Shown here: positions 1-12,518 of the stretch, piece by piece
How the letters are laid out: the number at the start of each line of letters is the position of its first letter
How positions within the stretch are numbered: position 1 is the stretch's first letter
Origin: Carpediemonas membranifera BICM
Taxonomy: Eukaryota > Protista > Fornicata
DNA: 64,000 nucleotides
Direction: 5' to 3'
NCBI GenBank assembly: GCA_019828565.1
Contig: JAHDYR010000053.1
Span: 160,214-224,213 of the forward strand
Translations under genes and position numbers: made by a program
Notes under the pieces: generated by a model
Database searches by the model: none
Seen by the model: only the letters and a program-made list of their open reading frames with translations
What the model was told of the DNA's origin: nothing

Positions 1-38
1 GTTTGACTACTAAAGTTCTTTTGTCATAAGAGACCACA
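1..38 (+). repeat. Probable 3' part of the 5' LTR of element A
   Basis: Ends in CCACA like the LTR of element B, followed by a palindrome and the gag ATG 20 nt later. No second copy in the window. Confidence 0.55.
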
Positions 39-58
39 ATACTAGTATTTTCCATCTA

Positions 59-3000
59 ATGACGAAACACAATGAGACCTATGATAGAAATGGGCCCGTT
101 CTCGACGAGCCCGACATCAGCGCGCTGTTTAGATTCAATGAACAGCTGGAGCGCCACGTGCGCCAGGGCGGTTCCTCCAAGTTGCTCAAACGCATTGGCC
201 CCGCAGTATACGCGTACTCCTCTTCATGTGGCGTCGATCTGCTGAGCGTCTACTCCGACGCCAAGTACACGGTCCGGACCCCCCCGTCAGACGACGAGGA
301 CGCGACCTTCGGACCCACTATCCGCCTCAAGGTACGCAACAGTACTGCATCCAGGGAGAGAGCCGTGCTCAACGCCCTCGGGCGCGTCCTCAGGCCGACC
401 GAAGTTGAGCTCCAACGCCAGCTACTCAAGCTTTCATATGACGAATTCCCCCATGTTGGGCGCTTCGCCCTGTTCGTCGATAGATTCCAACGTCGTCTGT
501 CGCTCTTGGACCCAGAGCTATCGGAGAGGAGCATCCATGACCTCTTCGTGGGATCCATCCGCCACGAGGAGCTCCGCGCCCAGGTCGAGGGCGTCACCGC
601 CGGCCTCCCCCTGGGGGAGGTCTTCCCCCGGGCCAGCGCCCTCATCCGGCGCTTGTATGAGGCGTCTTCGCTCAGCCGCCCCTTTGCTCAAACGACCGTC
701 AGACGCGAGGAGAACAGCGGCCGCCAGGGTAAGCACAAGCGAAACCGGCCCCCGCCGAGTGGCCGCGACAAGCGGGTCCGACCGGAGCGCGACCGCTCTG
801 CTCCCGTCCATACTGGAGCCAAGCCCGACGTCTCCAGACCCACATGCTTCAACTGTGGCAAGCCTGGCCACAAGTCGTTCGAGTGCCGTAAGCCCAAGAC
901 GCGCTGCGAGAAGTGTGGGAAGGACGGACACCTGGCACAGTTCTGTAAGCCCAGTGTAAATCCGTCCTCCTATTTAACTCCCGCAACCGTCAAGACAACC
1001 CCTCAGGTGTGGACCGTAATTTCTGGTGGTCCCAACCTTCCGGTAGTATCGGCAGATATCACCGCACAATGTGGAGAGTCCGTGACTTGGAAGCTCGTGC
1101 TATATGACTGCGGCGCAGATGTCTGCTTGGTCAACCCCGACAAGGCCGTGTTGGCGGGCCTAACGCCGACTAAGTTGCCTGTACCGATCAAGATCAAGAG
1201 CCCTGGCGGGTACATCACGGCTCACACGTCTTATGAGATTCCTCTTCACATGGCCAAGTCCCCCATGACTCCAAAGGGACTCAGGGACACGGTCACAGCA
1301 TACGGAGTTCCCAGCGACTACGACCTGGTTCTCAGCTATGGTATCATGGTTGCGTGGGGCATCCTGCCATCCCTTGGCGCCGAGTCAGACGAGGTGGACG
1401 GCGACGCAGAGCTACCTGAACTTGACTCTCCCGAGCGTCAGCTTTACACACTCTCTAGCACTTCACAGTCACTGCAGGACCGACTAGTGGCACGTTACGC
1501 TGATACGTTTAAGCCCCGAGTCGGATTCAGCAAGCTGGAGCCTTACGACTTAGTCCTTCGGGACAACCGAGTTGTCTCGAGTCGACCCTATTATATACCT
1601 CCGCCGAAGGAGCCATTGGTACAAGCGCACATCGACGAGCTCCTACAGAAACGCTTCATCGAAGCATCCTTCTCGCCGTACTCGTCCCCCACGATCATCG
1701 TTCCCAAGGGGAAGGACAAGACGAGATTCGTGGTAGACTTCAGGCGGATTAACGACCTAACCGACCCTTTCGACTATCCAATCCCTAAGATTGACGAGTG
1801 TCTCGCCCGTCTCGCGGGTTCCAAGATCTTTGCGACACTCGACCTGTCGAGCGGTTATCATCAGGTGGAACTCACCGAGCGCTCACGTCCCTTAACCGCG
1901 TTCAATACGCCTATGGGGAAGTATCATTACACGGGAATGCCGTTCGGTCTCAAGAATGCTGGTGCCCATTTCCAGTGGGCGATGGAGACCGCTTTCGGCG
2001 ACCTGGTTGGTAAGGCCTGTATCATATATATTGACGATATCATCGTCTTCGGACGTGATGAGGGGCAGTATCTTCGCAACCTCAACAGCGTGCTGGCTCG
2101 CGCGCAGCAGTTTGAACTGCTCCTCAACCGCGAGAAGTCCCATTTTGACCTCGCCGAGGTCGAGTTCCTCGGTTGGTTAGTCTCCGGATCGGGTTACAAG
2201 ATCGCACCTGACCGGAACCACGACGTCATGCAACTGAAGTTGCCGAAAACTAAGCGTGGCGCCCAAGCTCTGATGGGGTTCCTTAACTATATGCGAGATT
2301 TCGTTCCCCTCTTCGTGTCGATAGCTTTCCCACTCCAACAAGCAGCCTCTGGGAAGGCAGAACCTGGTGGGTCAGGACAGGCGGAGGCTTTGGCCAAGTT
2401 GAAGGACATCCTATGCTCTGCCCCCGCCCTCGAGCTATTCGACGTCAACAAGGATCATGTCGTAATGACAGACGCTTCCGATCTCGGCTATGGCGGTGTT
2501 CTGCTGCAGGACGGGCGCCCCGTCTGTTATATGTCGCGTGCCTTCACGGATGTACAGACGCGCTGGAGCACCATTGAACAAGAGGCGTTCGCCATCGTCT
2601 CTGCACTCCAGCGTTGGCGCCGTTTCCTTTGTTGGAAACCATTTACACTGCGTACCGATCACCGCAATCTCGTTTATATGTCACGTTCGACCAACGCGAA
2701 AGTGCAGCGGTGGTACGAGTCGATTAGCGACCTGCAGTTCACCATCAAGCATGTGCCCGGCGTCGACAACGGCGCCGCGGATGGACTGAGCCGCGTTTAT
2801 GCCATGACCGCAACAGCGACGAATGATCAGATCTCAGCTACTCACCTCCTGGGCAATGCCCATCTACCCATCTATACGACGCTCGAGCGCTTGCGCACCC
2901 TGGGCCTAAAGGCTCCGGTCGAGCGGGTCGCTGGGGTGATCAAGGCCTGTCCCATATGTCAACTGACTAACAGACCGACTGAGGCCTCACGTCCTTACCT

Positions 3001-3461
3001 CCACACAGCTACGATTAAGCCTTTCGCGAGTGTGGCGATGGACACCATCGGGTCGTTGCCCGAGTATAACGGCTACAGGTTTATACTGGTGGTCGTCGAT
3101 ATGGCCTCCCGCCTGACCGAGCTGGTTGCGCTCCAGTCTACTCGAGCGGACGAGGCTGTTAGAGCATTTACTGATTCATGGGTGCTGCGGTACGGCGCGC
3201 CTAAGGTGTTACAGACCGATGGCGGCAGCCAGTTCAACAACAAACTGTTCCGGGAGCTCGCGGTGCGGGTTGGGTTCACGCCCCACATTACCACGGCGTA
3301 CCACCCGCAATCGAATGGGCTGGTGGAGCGCGCTAACGCCACTGTACTCCGCATCCTTAAGGCCCGCAAGTACGAGCTAGAGTCAGAGGATTGGGTCGAG
3401 TCTCTCCCCGTGGCACGGTTCCTCGTGAACTCGGCGCCCCGAGTCGCGACCCGTTTGACCC
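59..3461 (+). CDS. Gag-Pol polyprotein of Gypsy element A (interrupted in integrase)
   Basis: Two CCHC knuckles (CFNCGKPGHKSFEC, CEKCGKDGHLAQFC), protease LYDCGA, RT YIDD, RNase H TDAS...E...TDH, integrase HxnH/CPIC and MDT/TDGG/ERAN. Confidence 0.95.
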
Positions 3462-3511
3462 TGTGGAGTAATCAATTGATAAACACCTTTTTGCTTTAAG
3501 CCAACGCCACA
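3462..3511 (+). repeat. 5' LTR of element B (50 bp)
   Basis: TGTGGAGTAATCAATTGATAAACACCTTTTTGCTTTAAGCCAACGCCACA; TGTGG/CCACA termini; identical to 19659-19708. Confidence 0.95.
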
Positions 3512-3525
3512 GTGAATTCACTGCA

Positions 3526-6500
3526 ATGCGAGGCGAAAACATGCTTGTCAGTGTAACAAACGCACATGAGCTCTCCGAGGCCATCAAGTCTTACAAGAGA
3601 GAACTGCCTCATGTGAAGCGCCCTACTTCACTTATTCGCACCTTTGATCCCGCCACGACGGAGTTCCTTCACGCTAATTGGAGGAAGACGAAGGAATACG
3701 CCTCCTACGAGGCTATGGAAGAGGACACGATATCGGACGCTGAGGTCCGCCGCGCTCTGCGTGAAGAGCATAAGCCAGAAGATCGGGTCAGTTCCAAGGC
3801 CGTCATGGCCCAGATCAAGGCACTCCTAGAGGAAGATCTGTTCAACGTTGCCTCCTCTGCCGCCCTGAAGCACCCCGATGGCCCCTTGGCTGCGGCCGCC
3901 CAGCGCCGCGCCACGTCCCTATTTGACGCAGCAGTCTCCGCTATAGACCCAGAAAACCCGAAGTACACGCCGTTGCTGAACGTCTTCGAGGAAGGCAACC
4001 CGGCAGCCACAGTCCGCGACGGTCAAGAGCTCGCTACGGCTGCCGAGGAGGAGTCAGGCCACGACGCCCCCGACATACGACAGCAGCTTGCGGACGAGGC
4101 CGACGCGATCGCCCCCCATCTTTTCATGACTCTGCTTCCGTCACTCGATGCCGGCGCCCGCCTCATCTCCCTCAATATTTCGAACGAGCTTTATGGAAAG
4201 GCCGCAACACACCGAGTGGCCATCCAACGCCTTCGAGAGGCCGTCGATGAAATCAATCCCGCCATCGAGGCCCCGAACTACGAACAGCTCCACGAAGCCG
4301 CGCTGATCGCGAAGATCAGGGAACTAGCGCTCATTGGCTACACGAAGGAGGCTAAGGCCAACTATAAGGCCGAGATAGAAGCCGATGGCACCGTCGACAG
4401 CGTTCTAGACGCTCTCGCAGAACTCGACGAAGACCACGACGGAATGATCATCACGCCCTGGCGCGCATTCGCCGCGAAAAAGGTCCAACCGCCAGCCAAG
4501 AGCCAGCCCAACAGCGCCACGACAGCAGGCAGAAAGCCGCAGGCAAGGAAGGTCAGCGGCGATGACCCATATGTCCAGTTCAAGGATAAGTCGAAGTACT
4601 TCATCCCTCGAAGCCTGAGGAAGTACTGCGACTACCACGGCTACAACACGTCACACACCTCGGCCCAGTGCAAGGCCTTGAGCCACAGCTCAGACCGCCC
4701 TTCCGGCCAGCAACGTCTTACCCCTCAGCAAGGCCAACAGCGCCCGGCTCAACAGCAAGGCCAACGACAACAGCCGCGCCAGAGCGGCCAGACAAGGCCC
4801 AATCCGCCGCCACAGCCCTCGGGCCATACCCATCAGTCCCGCCAAGCTGACCCCCAGAACTCAGGCCCCAGGAAGGCCTGGAAGCGCAACGCTCACACTA
4901 ACCGCCTCGAGAGCGACGTCAACGAGCTCTACGAGTCATCCGACTCCGACTCCGATATCGACGAAGTCGAAGATCACCGCGCCTCGGGAAAAGCCATCTA
5001 TCACACCATCAAGGTCGCTAACACGGAGATAGTAGCTAAGATAGATCCAGCTGCAGCAAGAACGTGCATTTCCGCCAAGACATTCAACGATCTGAAGCAA
5101 AACGACAACATCAAGATCACCACGCACGATTTACAGCTCAAAGCGGCAGATCAACGCCTGATTGAGGATAAGACAGCAATCGAAGCCACTATTACGATCG
5201 CTGACATCATCCCACATCCCGTTCAGCTTTCTTGGATCATCCCCGTCATCCCGGGAAAATCCAGCAAGATGCTCCTAGGAGCTGATTTCCTTCGCCACAT
5301 CGGCCTGATGACGGATCAAGGCATCCACATCTCACTTCCAACGACGACCACCGAGGATACATCGGAGTTTGCGCCGTTCCCCCACGAGTTCATTGACGAG
5401 CTCTTCGACGAAGACGGCAATTCAGACGACGGCGACGACCTCTACGACTCTTCGCGCCTCCATGAATACGTCGACGAGGTGGATGAGCCCGATCACGTTC
5501 CGTTCGACATAGACCCGAAGTTCCCCCTCAAGGACGAGCTCGAGTCCGAGCTGGAGAAGTACAGAGACACCGTCTTCCTTCCCAAGCTTGCACCAGGCGG
5601 CGCCAAGCTGCCACATGCCACGATCGACCTCGTTCCCGGGGCCTACCTACCACAGGCTGCCGCGCGGCCTATTCGCCCTGCTTGGAGAGATGAGGTCAAC
5701 CAACAACTCGCCGACTTGGAGGCACAGGGCATCATCAGAGACGCCCACGGACACGTCGCCAGCCCAGTGGTCATCGTCGACCGCCGCTCAGATGCAACCA
5801 CGCGCAAGCCGCTGAGACTCTGCTGCGACTACAGAGACATCAACAAGAACACGATCCCCGACGCATTCCCCATGACGGACATCAAGCACCTCGTCCAAGA
5901 TCTTGTCGGGTCGAGCTACTTCTTCACCATGGACTTACGACAGGGCTTCCATCAGATGCCCGTTAGACCCGATGATGTCTACCTCACCGCGTTCCGTGTG
6001 CCAGGCGCGTTCAAGGAGTATCTCTTCGCCCCCTTCGGGCTTCGTAACCTGCCGGCGCAGTTTCAGCGCGCCGTAGCCCAGACACTCAGGCCCGTCTACG
6101 ACAACCGAGTCCGCAACTATATAGACGACATAATGGGAGGCGCGAGCACTCCTGAAGAGCTCCTAGCCACCATCAAGTCCACACTCAGCATCCTGAAGGA
6201 CCACAACATCAGACTACGGCTTGAGAAGTGCCACTTCGGGTACAAGGAGGTACATGCGCTGGGTGAGATCATCTCATCGGAGGGCAGACGCCCCACACCC
6301 ACACGCATCGCCGCAATCCGCGATCTACCGAGGCCGACTAATGTCCACGGGGTCCGCCAAGTGCTTGGTCACATCAACTATGTTGCTGAGTTCATACCGT
6401 CCAGCCAAGAGCTGCTCGAGCCCGTTAACGCGCTGCTCCGCAAGGACGCTACCGTCAAGTGGGGCCAGGCTCAGAAGGACGCGCTCGAGAAGGTTCTCCA

Positions 6501-6671
6501 CGCACTTGCAGACGCGAAGACGCTCGCCATACCGGACATATCGCTCCCATGGAGGCTCGAGACAGACGCCAGCCTCGTAGGCGCGGGTGGGATCCTGCTA
6601 CAGCTAGAACAGGGCAGCTGGAGAGTCGTCAGTTATTTCAGCAAGGCGTTCTCGGACGTCCAGCGCAGATG
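3526..6671 (+). CDS. Element B Gag-PR-RT-RNase H (5' part, interrupted by element C)
   Basis: CDYHGYNTSHTSAQC knuckle, KIDPAAART/LLGADFL protease-like motifs, RT DLRQGFHQ, PFGL, YIDD, RNase H ETDAS. Confidence 0.93.
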
Positions 6672-6721
6672 CATACTGTAAGAATGGCTAGAGTCTCCCG
6701 GGAGATACTCTGGAGATACTC
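6672..6721 (+). repeat. Left TIR of element C
   Basis: CATACTGTAAGAATGGCTAGAGTCTCCCGGGAGATACTCTGGAGATACTC; internal palindrome TCTCCCGGGAGA and duplicated GGAGATACT. Confidence 0.95.
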
Positions 6722-7631
6722 ATGTGTCAACGCTGGTCAAACCTCGCGATCCAGGCGATCTCAGGCACCTCCAGAACATCTAGAAGGTAGTTATAGAAGC
6801 ATAAAAGACATGTCTGGCGTCTTGAAGTATCACATGGTGTCAGTGTTGATAAAAGAGGATAACGCATTTTATGTTGTAAATGTGAAGTGCTCGTTCGAAC
6901 ATGGGATCTTAACAGCGGTGTTTTATAGCTAATAGCAATGCCCTCTGAAGTTTTCAGCCTCCAGTATCTTCTACTTCCGTATGAATTAATGATTGAATCA
7001 AGAGATTGAGAAAATGAAGACTTCCCCACAAAAACCAAACATGGGGGGATAATCCATGGGGGTCAAGTACTATCCGTACATACTCAGGTTCTGTGGGGAA
7101 GTCTTCATTTTCTCGCATTCGAAAAATCTGCAAAATTTTATCAACGATGAGATGGTCTTGGAAGATTGTGCTAACAACAGAGGTGTAACTAGATCAACAA
7201 AGGATCATGGAACCCTTGGTTTGTCCTAACGCCCGAAACAGTGCCCAAAGAGCTCGTGACACAGGTGAACGCCAGAAAGAAATGAAGTTGCTCAGAGTGT
7301 ACACCATATTGTCCTAGTTCCAATACTTTTTACCATTTTCTTCCAGCTGCTTTCGTTGGCGAGTTTCATTTTTTTCTTACCGTTACTTCCGCAGTATCTT
7401 GCAAGATTCAGGGGGAAATTCAAATTCACTTTTCCTTTGAGGGCAAAGCAGAATTGCGCAATAACGCATCAATGGGTATGAGAAGCATAGAATACGTATA
7501 AAACTCAGTGTAGTTGCTGCTCACAACTTTTTGGAGGAAACAGAGCAGCGGAAGCCCCAAACCAAAAATCTTTCACAAACTCTTGTGAAACTTGTGAAAT
7601 GTGAAAGTGACTTCAGCAAAAATTCCTGAGC

Positions 7632-10186
7632 ATGCACATTGTCATACAGACCTTCATTGGCACTGTCTACGACAATACTGGCCCTCCAAGGACTGCAGAG
7701 CGTATGAACTACATTCTCGCTCATACATACCTCTCCCTTGTTGGTATTGGCGGAAATACACAGGATCGAGGCCGCCAGCGCCGAGAATTCCGTGAACTCA
7801 TCTTGGAAATGGCTAACCAGGGCCTATTTGCGGACATGGAGGTCGATCCGAGATTTTTCGCCGACCCGCACGACTCTCGACCCTTCTTGCGTGCAGTACG
7901 TTCCCATAGAGGAGTCGCCCCGACCTTCGATGTCTTCGTACGTGACCACGCGCGTATTGCTGTCACCCACGAACGCTTGCGGAGACAGCACGAGGTCTCA
8001 ACTGAGGAAACTGACAACTACAAGCAGATTTTTGGAGCTTGTTTCTATCCTGATGTACATCAAGTCGGGTTGTAACGCAACCCATGAGCTCTTTAAGCTC
8101 ATCCGTAGTCTTTCTGCGCGACTTCATATGCCAATCATCTCCAGCAAGGCTGCTGATATCTTCGTGAAGCAGTTGCAGGTCAATATCACCAAGATCAACG
8201 GCCTGGTTGCAGCGCTGACTAGACCAGAGGTTGCTTTCTTGGGTCATCTCGTCCCTGTGGAGTCTGTCACAGTCAACACGACCTGGCGGTGGGGCAGAAA
8301 TGGCACAAAGTCGAGACTCGAGTGCACCAATCGCCTAACGGTGGACGAGGGTGTCGATATCCAGCCCCTGACGGACGCGGAGAACGTCATTGACTTCAAG
8401 TGGGAGAAGCCAATGCTTGATCTTCACTACGAGACGAGCGATGAGGCCACAAGTCATCGCCCTGAGCTCAAGCAGACCCAGGGAGTCACCCTCGGCAAGC
8501 GGCTCAACAGCTCCACATGGGACAAGGTTGATCGAGTCTGGTTTGATGCCGTTCGTTACCTCAAGCAAGCTGTTCGCCACCCGGAATGGCTCGAGTCGGA
8601 CCAGCCCAACTACGTTCGATGCAAGAACGCCCTTGGCAACAGGGTTGGAGTCACGTTTAGCCCCATGAAGATCCTACTATGGCTTGACGGGTGGAAAGGG
8701 GGTTCTGCTGCCTTCAAGCTCCGCATCTACGACCCCACAGGCTTCACATTCCCCAACAAGATTACTCCACCTTTCCGTATAGTCGAGTATATGGGTAGCG
8801 AGGGTGATTTGTTGATGGAAGAGTCTCTTTCTCGCGTCGAGAAGGAGATTGAGCGCCTATACACGAGTCAGATACCCATCAGAGACACTGGTGAGGTCAC
8901 GATCTTCGACCATGTCATCGTCATGGGCGATCATGCCGCCCTCCGCCACATGCTGTCCAGAAAGTCGGGCCGGCCCAACTATCCACACCCTTGCAACACG
9001 ATTTACCACAAAAAGTAAGGCGCTCCACCCGATAGCAGGCCGCCATCGTCTCACCATCAAGGACAACCTGGACGATAAGACAGCATACCAGGCTGAAGTC
9101 GACGACCCGAACCGAGTTCAAGATGTACTTGCAATCTATGGCGATTTCACCAATGAACGCATGGTATTCGAGAATTGTAGTGTCATCCCTCTTGAGAAGA
9201 TCGTCATATGCCCTCCATTCATGCACGACTCGCACCGTTTACTCGAGCAGGTTGCCCATATCTGTGGTTCTTTCAAGAAGCATCCCACCACCCGCGGGTC
9301 CCGCGAGGAGATCATCCAGAATAAGCTCCTCAACCTCAAGCTTGGCCGTATGTCGTCCATGCGAAGCATCGATAGGACCGTAGGTTGTAACGAGCAGTCG
9401 TCCGCACGTGTAAGGATGGCTGCCACGACCCAAGAGGACTACGTTGCTCTCCCCTGAGTGCATTCAAGATATCATTCGGCTCATTGGCTACCTCCAGGCC
9501 ATGTACTACTCGTCCGAACCTGTGACTGACGCGGCTGTCGCGTTTCACTTCATGGCTGCCGCAGTGGCCCACCCTCATTCACGTCACGATTGCGTTCATT
9601 CCTAACAAGGATAAGACTTCCATATCCCTGCTATCAAGCAGCGAAGCGAAGACGAAGGAGAAACCGTGCGCTGAGAACCTCTACAGCATCAGCAGACTCA
9701 CGACGCAGCCCCCTGTGCCACAAGCATCTCAAGGTGCCGCTGTTCTATATCCTAGAGGAGTACTTTGAGCGAGAGTTCATCAAGAACCAGGAGGTAGCAG
9801 CCAAGTTGCACAGGAAGGCAGTCCTTGAGGGCATTTGCTTGATCGAGCAGACAACTCTCGCGTGTTCCTTCCTGACGGGCATGCGTTCTTTTGGTCGGCA
9901 GGACTACTCTGTCCCCCAGCTCCAGCGACTCAAGTGTGTGCGAGTTCACGACTGCTGTAAGGATGCGAAGCATTGGTTTGGTGTCCGCACACTGACCACC
10001 GTGACCTTCGAGCCAACTCGTGAGATGATCCAGACCTTTCAGGAGACTGTTGATGAAGTGTGGGAGTTTGTAGAAGAGCATACGACGCTGACGTGGGGTG
10101 AGGAGGGCACGATGTCATGCAGTCTGGCGGACCATGGCATAGAGTTAGTTTGCTGCCTGTGTGGAGAGTGTAGCAGACAGAATTGA
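7632..10186 (+). CDS. Putative DDE transposase (CMC/Transib/RAG1-like core), split by several frameshifts
   Basis: Chain of overlapping ORFs (7632-8075, 7738-9018, 8849-9457, 9590-10186) joinable at homopolymers near 8030, 9012 and 9453. Motifs ILLWLDG, VMGDHAALRHML..K.G..NYPHPC and ICPPFMH resemble the D1, D2 and H motifs of this transposase class. Confidence 0.6.
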
Positions 10187-10418
10187 GGCATCCGCGTGAT
10201 ATAAAGTGATGTAAGATGGTTCCGTGATAAATTCATTCATTTTTCATATGTGCCACTTTTTTTTCATGAATGGCACATTTCACATTTCGCAGGTTTCACA
10301 AAAAGTTTGTGAAAATGAACCAAACGGGGAAAAGAATCTTGGACAGAGGATACTCTTGCAGCCCATAAGGCTTATATACAGTACGTAAGACTTTCTGATA
10401 AGTCAGACATCATCCCCA

Positions 10419-11275
10419 GTGTCCGTACGTTTTTTTAAGCAGGACGTTGCCACGAGAGGAGTTGATGACATCGATCATCGCTTCTTCATGTTTGTTCACC
10501 CAGTGTTGCCCAGGTATTTACCCAGATTGGTTGCGATTCGTGACTGCAAGACTGATTCCATCATTTCGGCCTTGTTGCTCACGAAGGAGTCATACAACAC
10601 CGAAGCTACTGATGAAACCCCTTCCGAGCTGCGCCAGGACTTATATGTTGTGGTTATTCGCACGGCATTCTATGCCAGGGGCAATGGTCTCGCCACGATT
10701 CTTCTTTCGGTTGCCTCTGCCGGACAGAGGATCCGCCTGCAGTGTGTAAGTTCTCTTGTGCCAGCCTACCAGCGTATGGGGATGTCCATCTCCAAGCAAA
10801 AAGTCCACGATGGAGTACCTGGATGATGCGAAACTGGTGACCATGGAGGCAACATACGGCCCGAACAAGTGGACGAAGCTCGGTGAGAGTCTCGTTGCTT
10901 GCCATGGATATGCCATGAAGTCCTGGAGGGCTCCCCCGTCCGTCGACTACGGTACGGCTTTTCACTTCTGTGGACCAGGTCCAGCCTCCCCCAAAGAGAA
11001 CCCAAGCCACCCAACCCACCCTGCCCACCAAGCCCTCGGACAAGCTCAACCGCTACATTAAGCGTCTGAGGAAGAGTGTTACCCCGCACCCGACGCGCAA
11101 GAAGCAACGTGAGATAATCATCGCCCTTTACGACAGCAACCGAAGGGATTTGGTCCAAAAGATCGTGGATAAGAGATCAAAGATGCATAAGGATTACCAG
11201 AAAGAGAACTATTTCGAGGAAGAGTGGTACCATCTGCTGTCTGAGAAGGATGATGAGGAAGAGAATGAAGATTAA
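10419..11275 (+). CDS. GNAT-family acetyltransferase (domain 10419-10826; possible frameshifted C-terminal extension to 11275)
   Basis: Acetyl-CoA motif A LYVVVIRTAFYARGNGLATILL and motif B-like LVPAYQRMGM. Confidence 0.7.
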
Positions 11276-11295
11276 ATGAAGAAGCAGTCGATTTA

Positions 11296-11832
11296 TTACT
11301 CATTTGAGTTGACGTTAGCTGCGTGGAAGAGCAGGAGGCTCGCGTAAACGGGTATACGCAGAACATCACGAGCCTCTGCAGCGGCACGGGCAGCGTTCCT
11401 CTTCTCAATCACAGCGGCGAGGTCCTTGAAGGTCTTCGAGTGCTTCTTGAGGACAAGCTGCGGACGCTCGAAGATGAGCTTAGAGTCCTTGCGGCACACA
11501 CTCTCCAGAAGGACCTCTCTGACCTTGTCGACAGAGATACCAAGCCTCTGGGCGACGAAGGCGTAAGCGCGGGGGCGGACCGACTGAGGGATGCCGTGGA
11601 ACAGCTCGCGGTACTCACGGACAGTTGCCAAGAGAGGGCTGCCATGGTCGACCTCATCTCCTTCGGCGTCCAGGCTGATGAGGGCCCTGAAGCGCTTCTC
11701 CTTGGCCTCAGAAGACTCGCCCTTGAACTGCGCCATGATCTTCTCGATGCTGTCGAGAGTACGGAACTCCGCTTCATCCCTAAGATCCTCCGGAACGAAT
11801 GTGGGGAGGTCATTGGGGCGTCTGTCAACCAC
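11296..11832 (-). CDS. Hypothetical helical protein (element C cargo), possible HTH
   Basis: 178-aa charged ORF with a coding-like third-position pattern; RAYAFVAQRLGISVDKVREVL is HTH-like. Confidence 0.55.
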   Translation of the reverse strand: MVDRRPNDLPTFVPEDLRDEAEFRTLDSIEKIMAQFKGESSEAKEKRFRALISLDAEGDEVDHGSPLLATVREYRELFHGIPQSVRPRAYAFVAQRLGISVDKVREVLLESVCRKDSKLIFERPQLVLKKHSKTFKDLAAVIEKRNAARAAAEARDVLRIPVYASLLLFHAANVNSNE

Positions 11833-12518
11833 CTCATTGCAAATGCGGTTTCCGGTGGCGACATCGGCAGCGGAGATGCTTCCAGCAGCGTGCTCCTTCT
11901 CTAAGTATCTCTAAGTAGAAATCATTTCCACAGCGTTTAGACGCTTTCTGCCCTTGCTCTTAGCAGTATTACTCCGTTTCGGAGGCATAACGTTTCTTCA
12001 AGGTGCACTTTATGCTCGCAACGAAATTAGAAAACCAAACGAAGAAAGGAGAAGAGTATCGATCCCTCAAACGCTGGCAAGCATGTGTATATCACTAAAA
12101 CAACATCATGAGAGCTCTGTGGCCTCGAATGGCCTGTAATAGAACCTAAACAACATAAACAATTGTAACTCGTCGAGGAAGCGTTGAGATGAACTATAAA
12201 CGCGGGAATGGATCAAACAATGGATTTAAGAGTGGCATACAAGGCCAGAATACCGCAATTATCGTCCGTTGATCCACGTGACCTCCATCTTGGTCGGTAT
12301 CCAGAGAAAGCCCTTCAGACGCTCGCAACACAACATTTAGAAGACTTATCGTGAATGGCTCCTTCCATGATGGACCTTCACCTGGACATGCCATCTCTGA
12401 CATGTCCAATGGTCTCCATTGAGCTCGCATTCATCCCTCTGAGCATCCGCCCCATGGTCCAATCAGATGCCCAATCAAAATTCTGCACCGAAGTGCCCCG
12501 AGGACCTCCTCTGAGTTC

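Noticed and set aside
22-32. TGTCATAAGAG shared between A's LTR and the E1 spacer
   Set aside because: An 11-bp match with no extension; not A's 3' LTR.
11323-11904. 193-aa plus-strand ORF
   Set aside because: Antisense shadow of the minus-strand ORF 11296-11832.
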